A stretch of DNA of 64,000 nt from Botryllus schlosseri (lineage: Eukaryota), in the NCBI GenBank assembly GCA_051294905.1, contig CM119372.1, positions 39,930,001 through 39,994,000 on the forward strand, written 5' to 3'. The notes beneath the pieces are model-generated. The model was not told the origin of the DNA. It worked only from the letters and a program-made list of their open reading frames with translations, and searched no databases. A program made the translations under genes and the position numbers. Every line of letters starts with the position of its first letter. Position 1 is the first letter of the stretch. Shown one piece after another: positions 63,125 through 64,000 of the stretch.

Positions 63125-64000
63125 CTTGACAAATAGAAAATGTTCGGCATTGCGAAATTCGACTCGAATTTCAATGACAGGCTATAGCTACACACCTTTT
63201 TCCAAATAACAATAGAATTAGAATTATAGCTACACACAGCAAATATCAAATCAGTGTTGGTTCCCATAAGCACAAGCCTGATAAATGTCTGCAGAGCGAT
63301 CTTGGCTCGTTACGCATGATACAGCTCTGCTATAGCATTTTCAGGAAATCCATAAATTGGATTGGAATTAAAATGGGAGCATAGGAGCATTTCATCAATT
63401 AAATCCAGGCATTCCGCAATACTTAGTATAGTTAGACAACCAGAATTATCTTCTGGTTTTGGTGGACAGTTCATTTTGTGTACCAATATTCGCTCGTAAT
63501 GCATGAGATGCGGTCCATTTATTGTGACTAGGCGACAACTTGGGGTACGCCAAAGGACTGCGGATTAGCATATAGGTCTGCCGGGTCAGTAAAGGTTAAT
63601 AACCACTGACCTATCGGCGAACACTCAATTTGAATATCCGCGATATTTGCGGCGTGTGAATAATACGGTGAGCTAACACTAATTGTGACGCAACACGCAC
63701 ATGTTCGAGACGTTATCCAATTACAGATTGGGAGAAAACGGCTGAAAACGCGCTAAACCAGGATGTTTACATTCCCCTACACAAAAACGATACTAGGAAT
63801 AACAAGGGTTGTTTTAATAACGAGGGATGTCCGCCATCTTGTTATTACATCGACCATACGTTCTCAAATAAACGGTACGATCAATTGGAAACAATTTCCT
63901 GTTATCGACGCGACAATCATCGTTACCCGAGTGGAATTATCCGTAAACAATACACAGATATCGCTGGTACAAACACGCGAAACAAGGTATAGCCTTCAAT

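Overview
AT-rich, transposon-dense eukaryotic (invertebrate) genomic DNA with GT-AG introns. The actin intron positions and gene content suggest a tunicate/ascidian (inference). Four spliced genes were assembled by hand. (1) The 3' half of LIS1/PAFAH1B1 (+, 2563-10092, 6 exons). (2) A complete but divergent cytoplasmic-type actin (+, 16381-27064, 7 exons, 375 aa); its substitutions cluster around the phalloidin/jasplakinolide pocket and the hydrophobic plug. (3) A ficolin-like collagen + fibrinogen-domain gene (+, 33319-42273) whose 4th coding exon is split by a tRNA-derived SINE, causing a +1 frameshift with two possible rescue routes. (4) The 3' part of a TRPS1-like/Ikaros-family zinc-finger gene (-, 63124-48808, 10 exons) that appears to lack the GATA finger. 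Introns and intergenic DNA hold many non-autonomous hAT-type elements (8-bp TSDs, often nested), fold-back elements, tRNA-derived SINEs and LINE fragments. No CRISPR arrays, rRNA or genuine tRNA genes were seen. All alignments and counts were done by eye, and comparisons to known proteins are from memory.
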